Assembly (NCBI GenBank): GCA_963771175.1
Contig: CAVYSY010000039.1
Span: forward strand, 352,001 to 416,000
Origin: an uncultured delta proteobacterium
GTDB taxonomy: Bacteria; Myxococcota; Myxococcia; Myxococcales; Myxococcaceae
Length of the DNA stretch: 64,000 nt
Direction of reading: 5' to 3'
Translations under genes and position numbers: made by a program
The notes under the pieces: model-generated
Databases searched by the model: none
Seen by the model: only the letters and a program-made list of their open reading frames with translations
Told to the model about the DNA's origin: nothing
Shown here: piece by piece, positions 40,460 to 53,311 of the stretch
Position numbering within the stretch: the stretch's first letter is position 1
Layout: every line of letters begins with the position of its first letter

Positions 40460-41149
40460 CTACCGACTGGACATCCGGCCCAGGATCTCCTCCTCCAGCG
40501 ACTGCACCACCTCGGAGAGCGGCATGCTGGTCGAGTCGATCCGCAGGGCGTCATCCGCCGGCTTCAGCGGCGCCAGCGCGCGCGAGGCGTCGTCCTGGTC
40601 GCGCTTGATCTGATCCGCCAGCACGTCCTCGAGCGAGCGCTCCACGCCCTTCTGGAAGAGCTCCTCGTAGCGGCGGCGCGCCCGGGTGTCGGGATCCGCC
40701 TGCAGGAAGAACTTCGCGTCGGCGTCGGGGAACACCACCGTCCCGATGTCGCGGCCCTCCAGGATGGCGCCCTTGGGGGCCTCCAGCGCGAGCCGCCGCT
40801 GCAGCGACAGCAGCCCCGCGCGCACCACCGGCCGACTCGACACCTGCGAGGCCGCCATCGAGTTCTCCGGCGTGCGGATCTCCCCCGAGACGTCCTCGCC
40901 ATCCAGGAACACGTGGTTGTCCTCGCCCACCACCTGGAAGGTGACGCGCACGCGGCCCAGCAGCTCCCCCAGCTTCGTGTCGTCGTCGAAGGCGATGCCC
41001 TCTCGCCGCGCCTTGAGCGCCACGCAGCGGTAGATGGCCCCGGTGTCCACCAGCGCGAAGCCCAGCCGGCGCGCCAGCACCTTCGAGACGGTCGACTTGC
41101 CCGCGCCCGCGGGGCCGTCGATGGCCACGATGAAGGGACGCGTGCTCAT
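40460..41149 (-). CDS. cmk: Cytidylate kinase
   Basis: AIDGPAGAGKST, DTGAIYR, EGRDIGTVVFPDA. Confidence 0.95.
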   Translation of the reverse strand: MSTRPFIVAIDGPAGAGKSTVSKVLARRLGFALVDTGAIYRCVALKARREGIAFDDDTKLGELLGRVRVTFQVVGEDNHVFLDGEDVSGEIRTPENSMAASQVSSRPVVRAGLLSLQRRLALEAPKGAILEGRDIGTVVFPDADAKFFLQADPDTRARRRYEELFQKGVERSLEDVLADQIKRDQDDASRALAPLKPADDALRIDSTSMPLSEVVQSLEEEILGRMSSR

Positions 41150-42240
41150 GAACCGAGGACCTCCTTCAGCGCCGCCACGCAGCGCAGGTTCTCCTCACGC
41201 GTGCCCACCGAGATGCGCAGGGACGTGGGGTAGCCGTTGCCCACCATGGGCCGCACGATGACGCCCTTGCGCAGCAGCTTCTCGTACAGCTCCATCGCCG
41301 GCCGGCCGAAGTCCGCCAGCACGAAGTTGGCGTGGCTCTCCGCCAGACTCGCGCCCAGCTTCGGCAGCTCCGTCTGGTAGTAGCGCAGCCCCTCGCTGTT
41401 GAGCTCGCGCGTGCGCCGCACGTGCTCCGTGTCGTCCAGCGCCGCCAGCCCGGCCATCTGCGCGGGGATCGTCAGGTTGAAGGGCATCCGCGTGCGCTGG
41501 AGGTACGCCACCAGCTGCGCGTTCATCACCCCGTAGCCCAGCCGGATGCCCGCCAGCCCGTAGATCTTGCTGAACGTGCGCAGCGCCACCACGTTCGGGT
41601 ACTTGTGGATGTACTCCACGGCGCTGAAGTACTCGGGCCAGTCCACGAACTCGAAGTAGGCCTCGTCGTGGACCACGAGCACGTGCTCCGGCACCTTGGC
41701 CAGGAAGGCCTCCCACTCCTGGCGGCCGAACGTCGTCCCCGTCGGGTTGTCCGGGTTGGCGATGAAGATCATCCGCGTGCGCGGGTTGATCGCCTTCGCC
41801 ATCGCGTCCAGGTCGTACCGGTGCCCCTCGCGCATGGGCACTTCGGCGAAGGGGCGCCCGTGCGCCTGCACGGAGATGCGGTAGGCGGGGAACGAGCCCT
41901 TGCACAGCAGCACCTCGTCCTCGGGCGTGGTGAAGGTGCGGATGAGCAGCTCGATGATTTCGTTCGAGCCGCAGCCGAGCACCACCTCCTCCGGCTTCAC
42001 ACCCAGGTGCGAGGCCAGCCGGCGCACGAGCGAGAAGCTGCTCGCGTCCGGGTAGAGGTGCACCTTCTGCATCGCCGCCCGCATGGCCTCGAGGGCCTTG
42101 GGCGAGGGCCCCAGCGGGTTCTCGTTGGAGGCCAGCTTGATGACGCCCGTGAGACCGTACTCACGCTCCGTCTCTTCGATGGGCTTGCCCGGGACGTAGG
42201 GCTTGAGCGTCTCGATGTACGGGGGGACGAGCGGTCTCAT
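41146..42240 (-). CDS. hisC: Histidinol-phosphate aminotransferase
   Basis: KLASNENP, NPDNPTG, DEAY, RTFSKIYGLAGIRLGY. Confidence 0.93.
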   Translation of the reverse strand: MRPLVPPYIETLKPYVPGKPIEETEREYGLTGVIKLASNENPLGPSPKALEAMRAAMQKVHLYPDASSFSLVRRLASHLGVKPEEVVLGCGSNEIIELLIRTFTTPEDEVLLCKGSFPAYRISVQAHGRPFAEVPMREGHRYDLDAMAKAINPRTRMIFIANPDNPTGTTFGRQEWEAFLAKVPEHVLVVHDEAYFEFVDWPEYFSAVEYIHKYPNVVALRTFSKIYGLAGIRLGYGVMNAQLVAYLQRTRMPFNLTIPAQMAGLAALDDTEHVRRTRELNSEGLRYYQTELPKLGASLAESHANFVLADFGRPAMELYEKLLRKGVIVRPMVGNGYPTSLRISVGTREENLRCVAALKEVLGS

Positions 42241-42267
42241 GGGGCTTCTGGTTTCCTGGGTGAAGGA

Positions 42268-43236
<969 letters not shown>

Positions 43237-43333
43237 GGCGCGGGAGCCCTATCACCTGCCTTCCGGGCTTTCAACGCGCAACCGGTTACGCGGTGCGTAG
43301 AATCCCCGCCCCATCCTTTCCGTCTGGAGAGAC

Positions 43334-44023
43334 ATGCACCGCCTGCTGCTCCTGCTCGCCCTCACCTTGGCCGCCCCCTCCCCCGCCCAGTCGGCACGGA
43401 CCCTCAACACCGAGGGCTTCCGCCTCTACCAGGCCGGTAAGTACCCCGAAGCCTTGGAGAAGTTCGAGGCCGCCGCCCAGGCGGACCCCAAGCTCGCCCT
43501 CGCCCACTACAACGTGGCCGCCACCCTGGGCGTGCTGCGCAAGCAGGGGCAGATCTGCCAGTACTCGGCCCACCGGGAGACGATCCTGGAGCGGCTGAAC
43601 ACCGCCGTGCGGTTGGATCCGCGGCGGCTCGCCCGGGCGAAGCAGGACGCGGACCTGGACCCCATTCGGGACACGGTGGGCTGGCAGCGCCTCCTGGGCC
43701 GCTCTCCGGAGAAGCAGGCCCACGTCCCGGAGCTCCTCCGTCGGGTGAGCTGGTTCTCCCCCGGCGAGGGCGTCTACGGCTCCACCCGGAAGCTCACCTT
43801 CCCCGACGGCCAGCGCGTCGTGCTGTGGCGGCGGGTCATCGAGGACGAGAAGGACCCGAGCCGCACCGAGGAGGTGACGGGGAAGTACAGCGTGAAGGGC
43901 CGAACCATCACCCTGACCTTCCCGGGGAAGAAGCCCCTTCAGGGAAAGATGACGACGCGCGGGGTGCTCGAGTTCGAGGAATTGGGAACGTTCCTGGACT
44001 CTCCGTCCGAGTGCGAGGCGTAA
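43334..44023 (+). CDS. Secreted TPR-containing protein
   Basis: Signal peptide; TPR EGFRLYQAGKYPEALEKF...ALAHYNVA. Confidence 0.75.
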   Translation: MHRLLLLLALTLAAPSPAQSARTLNTEGFRLYQAGKYPEALEKFEAAAQADPKLALAHYNVAATLGVLRKQGQICQYSAHRETILERLNTAVRLDPRRLARAKQDADLDPIRDTVGWQRLLGRSPEKQAHVPELLRRVSWFSPGEGVYGSTRKLTFPDGQRVVLWRRVIEDEKDPSRTEEVTGKYSVKGRTITLTFPGKKPLQGKMTTRGVLEFEELGTFLDSPSECEA

Positions 44024-44044
44024 GACGGATCCACCCAGGGGGAC

Positions 44045-44557
44045 TTGGCGACCGAGCCCCCCCTGCCCACCCTCCTTTCAGGGAGGTGTTGGAGCATGCT
44101 GCGACTCGAGGGACGGCAGTGGGGCCTGGTGGTTCTGGTGGCGGGGAGCCCCTTCCTCGTCGCCTTCCTGCTGGCGGTCCAGGCGCCGGGCCTCATCGAG
44201 CCCGTGCTCGGCACCGTGCTCGGCGGCGCGAGCTGGGTGCTGGCGGCAATCCTGGGGGTGCTGGGGGGCGCGGTGTTCGCGGACTGCCTGGGCCGCATGG
44301 AGCAGTCGCCCGAGCTCGTCGCCTCACCGGTCCGGCGCGTGACCGGGCTGCTCTTCGCGTCGCTCGCGCCCGTGCTGCTGTGCATCGTCCCGGCGATCTG
44401 CCTGCTGCTCGCCGGACCGGCCCTCGCCGTCCGCCTCGAGCGCGACGGGGACATGCCCCGGGAGCTGCCCATCCGCTCGCCCCAGGACATCGCGGAGCGG
44501 CTCCGGCACCAGTTGCCTCGGGTGCTGCCGAACCTGCCCCGGGTCAACCCGGGGTGA
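44045..44557 (+). CDS. Hypothetical membrane protein
   Basis: Three hydrophobic segments; fills the gap between genes; start uncertain. Confidence 0.5.
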   Translation: MATEPPLPTLLSGRCWSMLRLEGRQWGLVVLVAGSPFLVAFLLAVQAPGLIEPVLGTVLGGASWVLAAILGVLGGAVFADCLGRMEQSPELVASPVRRVTGLLFASLAPVLLCIVPAICLLLAGPALAVRLERDGDMPRELPIRSPQDIAERLRHQLPRVLPNLPRVNPG

Positions 44558-44605
44558 GTCGCGGCGAGGGCCGGGGATTGTTCACCCCAGCCCTCACCCG
44601 GAAAC

Positions 44606-46633
44606 TCAGGCCGCCTTCGTCTTGGCGGCGGTGGCGCTGAGCGCGTACCAGGCGGTGCGGAAGGCCTTCAGCTCGCGCAAGCCGGCCGGGTGACGACCCA
44701 GGGCGGGCGCCACCGTGACGGGCAGGCCGATCTTCTTCTCGATGTTCTTCGCGGCGTTGAGCTCGTTCTTCCGGCGGTTCTCGCACCGGGCGCAGTCCGC
44801 CTTCGGACCCACCCGGTTCACCAGCACGCGCTCGACCTGGAGCTTGCGCTCCTTGAGGTACTCCACCAGCCGCTCGGTACGCGCCGCCGCCTGCTCCTCA
44901 CCGCGCGTCACCACCACGAAGCGCGACTCGGTGGGCGAGGCCAGCGCATCCTCGAAGCGCTTGATGTGCTTGAGGAACGCGGCCATGTCGTCGGCCAGCT
45001 CGCCCAGGCCCTTGGACTTGTACCTGGACAGCACGGCGTGCAGCGCGGTGAACCAGCCCTTCGCCGTGTCGGCCAGCTCCACCACGCGCATGGAGTTCAC
45101 CATGGGCGCCCCGTCCACGACGATGCGCTTGAAACGCTCCTGCACCAGCGCGTCCGTCAGGCAGGACATGGCCGCCAGCTCGTCGATGCCCGGAGGCGCC
45201 GCGTCCAGCAGGTTGCGGAACAGCAGCAGGTCCGTCGGCACCTCGTTGCCCGTCTTGGGCGCGCCCTCGAAGGCCTTCTCCGCCTTCTCCTTCCAGCGCT
45301 TGCGCAGGTTGCTGAACCAGCCCGCCATGTCCAGCTCGCGCGCGTAGAGGCCCTTGGTGCCCTTCACCTGCGTCTCGACGTCCGTCAGGCGGCTCTGCAG
45401 CACGTCCGACAGCGAGTGCGCCGGATCCGTGGAGATGAGGAGCACCGGCCCCTCCTTCTCCGTCAGCGTCACCGCCGCGGCGGCCGCGCAGGAGCTCTTC
45501 CCCACCCCGCCCTGGCCCACGAAGAAGATGAGACGCGTGGGAGGCAGCGGCGGCGCCGCGATGGGCGGCATGGACGGAGCGCGAACCAGTGCCGGCGGGC
45601 CCTCGGACGGGGCGAACTCCAGCGCCTTCGTCTCCTTGCCGCTCGCCCACTCCTTGGAGAAGACCTTCAGCAGCTCCAGGCCGCGCGGCGCCACCTCGCG
45701 CTTGCCCACGAGGTGCACCGGCACGTTCTTGTCCAGCGCCTGGAACTTGCGCACGTGCGGCGCCTGGAGTCCGCGGCGGCCCTGGCAGGCGGGACAGCCT
45801 TCCTTGTCCTCCACCTGGTTGACCACCACCTCCACCACCGGAATGCCGCGCTCACGCAGCTGCGTGAAGTACATGCGCGTCTGGGCCTCGGGCACCGGCT
45901 CCGCCAGCGCCACCAGGTGGAAGGCCGTGCGCGCCGGATCCTTCAGCAGCGCCAGCAGCTTCTCCGCCCTGGCCGAAAACTCCTCCAGGAAGCCCTGCTC
46001 CTCCGTCGCCGCGGCCGAGGCCTTCTTGCCCTTGGCATTGGCCGCCCGCTCCGCCCCCGCCTTCACGAGGCCCAGGAACTTGCGCAGCCCCACCGGCATG
46101 TCGAAGAGGCGCAGCGTGTGGCTGGTGGGCGCCGTGTCCACCACCACCCGGTCGAACTCGCCGCTCTCGGCCAGCTCCACCACGTGCAGCAGGCCCAGCA
46201 GTTCCTCCAGCCCCGGAACGGCCTGGCTGTACAACTTGCCCAGATCCTCCTCCGACAGGTGGGTGCCCTTCACCGCCGTCTTCTGCAGCGCGGGCAGGTA
46301 CTTCGTCAGAAAGGGCTTGAGCAGCGTGGCGGGCTCCACCTCCATCGCCCAGAGGCCGCCGTCCGCCTTGCCCTTCGCCGCCTTGCCCTTGCCCTTCGGC
46401 TCCGGCTTGGACTCCTTGGGAGCCTCGCCGTCCTCCGCGTCCAGCTTCGCCGGCTTCGCGGACAGCTTCTTCTTCACCAGGTCCGAGAGGGAGCGCACCG
46501 GGTCCAACGAAACGAGCAGCACCTTCTCCTTTGGCGCTTCATCCGCAAGCCGCAGCGCGTACGCCGCCGCGAGCGTGGTCTTGCCCACCCCGCCCTTGCC
46601 GCCGAAGAAGTGAAGAACTCGCGCGTCGCTCAT
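44606..46633 (-). CDS. Tandem two-domain ArsA/Get3-family ATPase
   Basis: GKGGVGKTT...DTAPTSH and GQGGVGKSS...STDPAHSLSD...PGIDE; real start MSDARVL at 46633. Confidence 0.88.
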   Translation of the reverse strand: MSDARVLHFFGGKGGVGKTTLAAAYALRLADEAPKEKVLLVSLDPVRSLSDLVKKKLSAKPAKLDAEDGEAPKESKPEPKGKGKAAKGKADGGLWAMEVEPATLLKPFLTKYLPALQKTAVKGTHLSEEDLGKLYSQAVPGLEELLGLLHVVELAESGEFDRVVVDTAPTSHTLRLFDMPVGLRKFLGLVKAGAERAANAKGKKASAAATEEQGFLEEFSARAEKLLALLKDPARTAFHLVALAEPVPEAQTRMYFTQLRERGIPVVEVVVNQVEDKEGCPACQGRRGLQAPHVRKFQALDKNVPVHLVGKREVAPRGLELLKVFSKEWASGKETKALEFAPSEGPPALVRAPSMPPIAAPPLPPTRLIFFVGQGGVGKSSCAAAAAVTLTEKEGPVLLISTDPAHSLSDVLQSRLTDVETQVKGTKGLYARELDMAGWFSNLRKRWKEKAEKAFEGAPKTGNEVPTDLLLFRNLLDAAPPGIDELAAMSCLTDALVQERFKRIVVDGAPMVNSMRVVELADTAKGWFTALHAVLSRYKSKGLGELADDMAAFLKHIKRFEDALASPTESRFVVVTRGEEQAAARTERLVEYLKERKLQVERVLVNRVGPKADCARCENRRKNELNAAKNIEKKIGLPVTVAPALGRHPAGLRELKAFRTAWYALSATAAKTKAA

Positions 46634-46995
46634 GAAAACGTGGCCCTTCCTAGACCCCCCCGGCATGAACGTTCTCCGTCCGTTTGTGGACAACCTTGGA
46701 GAAGGTGCACCGACCGTGGACGTACACCCCAAGTAGGGTGCCGTGCTACCGGTGCTCCGTGGGTGTGTGTGACCTGAAGGATCGCCCGCAGTGAGCCTGT
46801 GAGTCAAGCGAAGAGGGGTTATCCTACCCCGCATCTCGCGCACTGCGTCATGCTTGCTTGTCCTATCGGGCATGCGCTCGCCACCCGGTCTCCGGGCATG
46901 CGGACAGGGAGTGGAAGCGACGCGCCGAGCTGACCCTTCAGGTCGCCCCGGGCGCAAAGCCCCCAGAAGTGGGTGGGATCCGGTAGGAGGGCGGC

Positions 46996-48438
<1,443 letters not shown>

Positions 48439-48501
48439 GTGAGCACCTCCAGACATCTGACAATTCGGATGCGGAAATGGTTTCGATGCCCGCTCGAGGG
48501 C

Positions 48502-49182
48502 TCAGACGAGAGGGAAGGTCAGCCGGCATAGTCCCGCGTGAAGCTTGAGCTCCACCCCGAGCTGCGCACAGCGCAGCTCCAGGGCCGCCACCACCTCCGG
48601 TGAGTTCTCCGCCGGGGTGTGGATGGCATCGACCACCTCGAGCACCGCCCGCGAGTCCTCGGCCCGCACCGACACCGTCACCTCGGCGCCCGACTCCGAG
48701 CGTCCGTAGGCCCTCATCAGGGCCTGCACCACCAGGAAGCCCAGCTCGCCCGTATCCGACAGCCGCGCCCGCACCTCGGGGGCGATCGTCGGGCGCACCT
48801 GCAGGCGCCGCTTGCGGCTCTCGTGCGCCAGCACGTCCAGGGCGCGCGTCACCGTCTCGGATAGGTCCGCATCCCCCACCGAGCCCGGGCGGGCCACGAT
48901 GAAGTCGGAGAAGCGCCGCAGGATCCCATCCACACGCTGGATCTGCTCGCGCATGGCCTTGAGGTTCTTCTCCTGCGAGGGCGGCACCTGACCCGTCTCG
49001 CCCTTGAGCTTCTCGGAGAGGACCTCGAGGTGGATGGACAACGCGTTCAAGGGATTGCGCACATCGTGCAGGAGGCTATCCATCAGCGTGGGCACCACAC
49101 CGTAACGGGCGGCATCCACCACCGGATCGGCCCCTTCGCGTACCGAGGGCGCACCGCTGCTCGCAGCCGTGGAGGAAATCAC
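48502..49182 (-). CDS. HisKA/DHp protein with degenerate ATPase domain
   Basis: LLHDVRNPLNAL H-box; no recognisable N/G1/F/G2 boxes; no sensor domain. Confidence 0.7.
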   Translation of the reverse strand: MISSTAASSGAPSVREGADPVVDAARYGVVPTLMDSLLHDVRNPLNALSIHLEVLSEKLKGETGQVPPSQEKNLKAMREQIQRVDGILRRFSDFIVARPGSVGDADLSETVTRALDVLAHESRKRRLQVRPTIAPEVRARLSDTGELGFLVVQALMRAYGRSESGAEVTVSVRAEDSRAVLEVVDAIHTPAENSPEVVAALELRCAQLGVELKLHAGLCRLTFPLV

Positions 49183-49420
49183 GAGAGCTCCTAGAAGGTT
49201 GACCGGCGCCCCAAACCCCCGCCGCCCTGTCGCCGCGAGGATTTAGGGAGCCCCTCTGACACCGTCAACCCTGGGGCGGTAATTCTTGCCGGCTGCGGCG
49301 AATTCCCACAGCAAAGCGTCGGCCACCTCGCCAACCGGTGTCCCAAAGAGAACGCTTCACTTGTACCGCCGGACCAGTCCACGCGGAGTTCGTGAACTGC
49401 CCGACATCATCCGGTGGAGC

Positions 49421-49885
49421 TCAGCGCTCGCCTGCCGGCCGCTCCTCGGGGCCCGGGCCCACGAGCTCGATCTCCAGCCGGGCCGCGTACTCGAAGATGC
49501 GCGGATCACGGTAGAACTCGCCGTAGACGATGCGGCGCACGCCCGTGTTCGCGATCAGCTTGAAGCACGGCCAGCAGGGACTGGCGGTGGTGTAGAGCGT
49601 GGTGGGCTTCTCTCGCTCACTGTCGATCCGCACACCGTTCTTGGCCGCCTGGAGGATGGCGTTGGCCTCGGCGTGGACGGTGGCCACACAGTGGCCGTTC
49701 TCCATCATGTGGCCCACGTCGTCGCAGTGGGGCAGGCCCCGGATGGCGCCGTTGTAGCCGGTGGAGAGGATGGTGCGGTCGCGCACCAGGAGCGCACCCA
49801 CATGCTTCCTGTCGCACGTGGCTCGGCTGGCCACCTGGCGCGCGATGTCCATGAAGTACTGATCCCAGGAGTTCCGGTTGCCCAT
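49421..49885 (-). CDS. dCMP deaminase (ComEB-like)
   Basis: WDQYFM, TGYNG, HAEANA, SPCWPC. Confidence 0.9.
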   Translation of the reverse strand: MGNRNSWDQYFMDIARQVASRATCDRKHVGALLVRDRTILSTGYNGAIRGLPHCDDVGHMMENGHCVATVHAEANAILQAAKNGVRIDSEREKPTTLYTTASPCWPCFKLIANTGVRRIVYGEFYRDPRIFEYAARLEIELVGPGPEERPAGER

Positions 49886-49958
49886 GCGTGCCTCCCCGCC
49901 TCCGGCATGTACCGTGGCGGAGGGCGCTGTCGAGTTTTCCGGCCGACTCCCGAGCGGG

Positions 49959-50846
49959 CTAGCGGCTGGCGGTCTGCGAGCCGTCGGTGCCCGAGCCCGT
50001 CGCGGTGCCGCCGAGCAACCGGGCGAAGCCCTTCTGCTGGAGGAACTGGCGCACCTTGGAGCTGGGGGCGGCGAAGGTTTCTCCGGGCATGGGCACGTCG
50101 AAGCTGAAGTTCTGCTCGGCCACGGCGAAGCCCACCTTGGCGGTGCGGTAGCCCTCGACGATGGCGAGCAGCTTGCCGGACTCCAGGCTGAAGATGCCGC
50201 CGCCAGAGGCGCCGTAGCCGATGGCCGCGTCCGTCTTCAGCATGAGCGGCTTCTTGGTCTGCTTGTCCCACTCGAGCTGGGACACCATGCCGCCGGAGAG
50301 CGACAGAGCCCGGCCGAAGGGCGAGGCAGCCACCACCACGTCATCGCCCAGCTCCAGTTCCGTGTCGGCGGCGAGCCGCGCGGGCTCCAGCGGCAGGCCG
50401 GGCACCTTCACCAGCGCCAGATCCATGTCCGGCACCACGCCCGTGGCCACCACCTGCGCTCCGTACTCGGTGGAGTCGGCGCGGTCGTCCACGATGACGA
50501 CGAGGCGCGGCTCCTTCAGGTCGCCCATCTCCACCGCGTGCGCGTTGGTGAGCACGTAGCTGACGAGCCCCTCGGCGGTCTTCTCGTTGCCGATGACGAC
50601 GCCCGAGGCGGTGCGCCGCGCCTTGCCGCCCTCGTGGATGGCGAGCCGCACGTTGTGCGGGAGGATTCGCTTCACCAACTCCTTACGCGTGGGCCGGGGC
50701 GCCAGGGCGCCTGGCGCCTGCATCACCACCGGAGTGGAGCCCCCACCGCCGGTGCCCGCGCCCTCGGTGAGGGCGACCGGGTTCGGTGCCGCGGCACAGG
50801 ACAGGAGTGCGAAGAGGGCAGGCGCGCCCAGGGCGAAACGAGGCAT
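49959..50846 (-). CDS. Trypsin-like serine protease, probable lipoprotein
   Basis: LLSC lipobox; TNAHAV, DLAL, GASGGG catalytic triad motifs. Confidence 0.85.
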   Translation of the reverse strand: MPRFALGAPALFALLSCAAAPNPVALTEGAGTGGGGSTPVVMQAPGALAPRPTRKELVKRILPHNVRLAIHEGGKARRTASGVVIGNEKTAEGLVSYVLTNAHAVEMGDLKEPRLVVIVDDRADSTEYGAQVVATGVVPDMDLALVKVPGLPLEPARLAADTELELGDDVVVAASPFGRALSLSGGMVSQLEWDKQTKKPLMLKTDAAIGYGASGGGIFSLESGKLLAIVEGYRTAKVGFAVAEQNFSFDVPMPGETFAAPSSKVRQFLQQKGFARLLGGTATGSGTDGSQTASR

Positions 50847-50982
50847 CGACGCTCCGAAACAGAGGGGGGAAGGGGGAACAAAGACCCTCAACCACTATTG
50901 AGCCCCCAGTTTCCCCTTGCTACGCATTTTCGGAAAGCACCACGCCCAGCGAGCGCCCGTCCGCCCGGCTGCTCGCGGCCGT

Positions 50983-53251
50983 TCAGCCGTAGCGCTTCTT
51001 CATGAGGAAGAGGATGGCGTCCTTGGCGCAGTGCTCGCAGTAGCCGTAGCGCTCGTGCATCGTCTTGAGGGTGCTCTCCACCTGGGTCTGCTCGCGCGAG
51101 GACAACGTGCCGCGCTCCTCGGAGAGGTACTTGAGGATGTTCTCCTTGTTGCGGCGCAGCACCCGCTTGCGCTCCTCGAAGTAGTGGTCGCGCAGGCGGC
51201 GGAACAGGTCCGGGAAGATGCGCGGGTAGTCCATCTCCGCGTCCGGGTTGTCCAGCTTGTGCGCGCCGATCTGCGGTGATGAGCCCGCGGCGGTACTCGC
51301 CCGGATCCTCGCCCCGAGGCATCACGATGGCCTCCAGCTCCGCCATGCGCTGCTCGTCCGGGCGCTCCATCTCGCCGGTGATCCGGTTGCGGATCTTCTC
51401 GCCCTTCACCCAGTGGCTCACGTTGTAGACGTAGCGCTCCACCAGCTCACGGTACTGGCCCTCGGAGACGAGCCCCATGGACTCGCGCACCTCCTCGTCC
51501 ACCCGGTCGAGGTACTCGGCCTCCACCGCGCGCACGAACTCCTCGTGGTCGTGGTAGCCGTCCACCACCTCCTGCAGGAGGAACTCGTAGACGCTCTTGT
51601 CCTTGCAGATGGCCTCGAGCTCCTCGAGCACCGCCAGCGCGTTGAGGCACTTGTAGTCGGCGTTCTGCGCGGCGTTGAAGAGCGCCGTCTTGATCTCCCG
51701 GGCGCTCGCGCCGCTGCGGCCCTCGTAGTTGGGGTAGGCGTCGGACTCCTCGTAGATGTCCGTGCGCAGCTTCCGCAGCTCCTTGCCGTGCGAGAGGCTC
51801 AGCCGGTCCGGCACCACGCCCTCCTCGTACAGGTGCATCTTCTCCACCGGCGTCACCTGATCCACGAGCTCCTTCACCTCGGGCGGGTAGCGCTCGGGGA
51901 TGGGCTTCTTGAGGCGGGTGAGCACGGCCCACATGGCGGCCACCTCGGTGGCGTGCGGGGCCACGTGCTTGCCCACGGTGGTGGGGGTGATTTGAGCGTC
52001 GTAGATCTCCTGCTCCAGCTTGTAGCGGCGCAGGTAGGGCACGCGCACCAGCTCGATGCGGCCCTTGAAGGAGGCGAAGTCCGGCAGCTCCTTGAAGGCG
52101 GCCAGGTGCTTCTCGTTGGACGAGGCGATGAGCACCTCGTCGAGCTGCAGCACGAAGTGCTCGAGCGGCACCTGCGACGTCTCGCTGAAGCCCAGCAGGT
52201 ACTTGAAGGCCTCCAGCGGGCGCTTGAGCAGATCCGAGTACTCGATGATGCCGCGGTTGGCGTGGACGAGCGGGCCGTGGGGCTCGAAGAGGGCCACGTT
52301 GTGGAGCGCGGGCGGGACGTTGAGCTGGGTGCGGTCCGCCGTCACCTGCTGGTACATGGCGTCCACGCTCATCTGCGGCTCCACCGTCACCGTGCCCACC
52401 TGGTAGCGGCGCGAGATGTAGAAGCGCTCGACGCGCACGTGGCGCAGCACCTGGAGGTAGTCGCCCTTGTAGTTGGCCAGCAGCGCCGTGTAGATGCTGC
52501 GGCACTTGTGGCACATCTCTCCGCCGAGGATGTAGTCGGAGAGGACGAAGTCGCTGTCCCCCTGCCCGTCCCCGTTGCCCAGGCCCTTCTTCTTCAGCGC
52601 ACCCTCCAGCAGGCGATGGCGCTCGGTGGGAGGCACGACGAAGAGCGGGTGATCCCGCAGCTCGCAGGGGATGCGCACGTCGATGGACTCGGCATCCAGG
52701 TGCGCGTAGGTGGAGAACTCTCCGGCGGGACTCGCCGCCGCGGTCGCGGCGCGCTCGCCTCCGAAGCCGATGGAGCCCTTGACGAGCTTCTCCGAGGGGA
52801 AGATCCAACTGACGCGGTAGAGGGCCCCCTGGGGCTGGCGCGAGTAGTCCTCCATCCCGGTCTTGAGCGCGTTGACGAGGGTCGACTTCGCGCTGCCGTT
52901 GGGGCCGTGCAGCATGATGAGCTTGTTGATGCGGCCGGCGCGCGTGAAGTTGCCGAGCATCCGGTAGATGGCGTTCTGGACCTCCTCCTGGCCCGCGACG
53001 CGGCCGTTCCGGTCGCTCGAGGGAACGTCGAAGACCTTGAACCGGCGGATCTTCCCGGTGGGGTGCGGCACCTGCTCGGTGCCATAGTGGTCCATCACGT
53101 CCCGCAAGTACTGGGCGGCGTTGCGCGACTGCCCCCGTGGATCCCCCATGAAGAGCGAGAGGTACTCCTCGAAGGACAGGATGGAGCGATTCTTGACGAA
53201 GTCGTCGGACACCTGGGCGCCCACTTCCTGCAGGTATCGCTTGGCTTCCAC
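50983..53251 (-). CDS. PrkA/YeaG-family AAA+ serine kinase (frameshift near 51270)
   Basis: HGPNGSAKST, ANRGIIEYSDLLK, GASAREI, C-terminal YGYCEHCA in ORF 50983..51234. Confidence 0.85.
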
Positions 53252-53311
53252 GGGATGACTCCTCTGTGCTGTAGTTCAGGAACCCACTAACCACGCCGGC
53301 GGGTCGCCGCC

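Noticed and set aside
44606..46633. Arsenic resistance operon
   Set aside because: No arsR, arsB/acr3, arsC or arsD in the neighbourhood.
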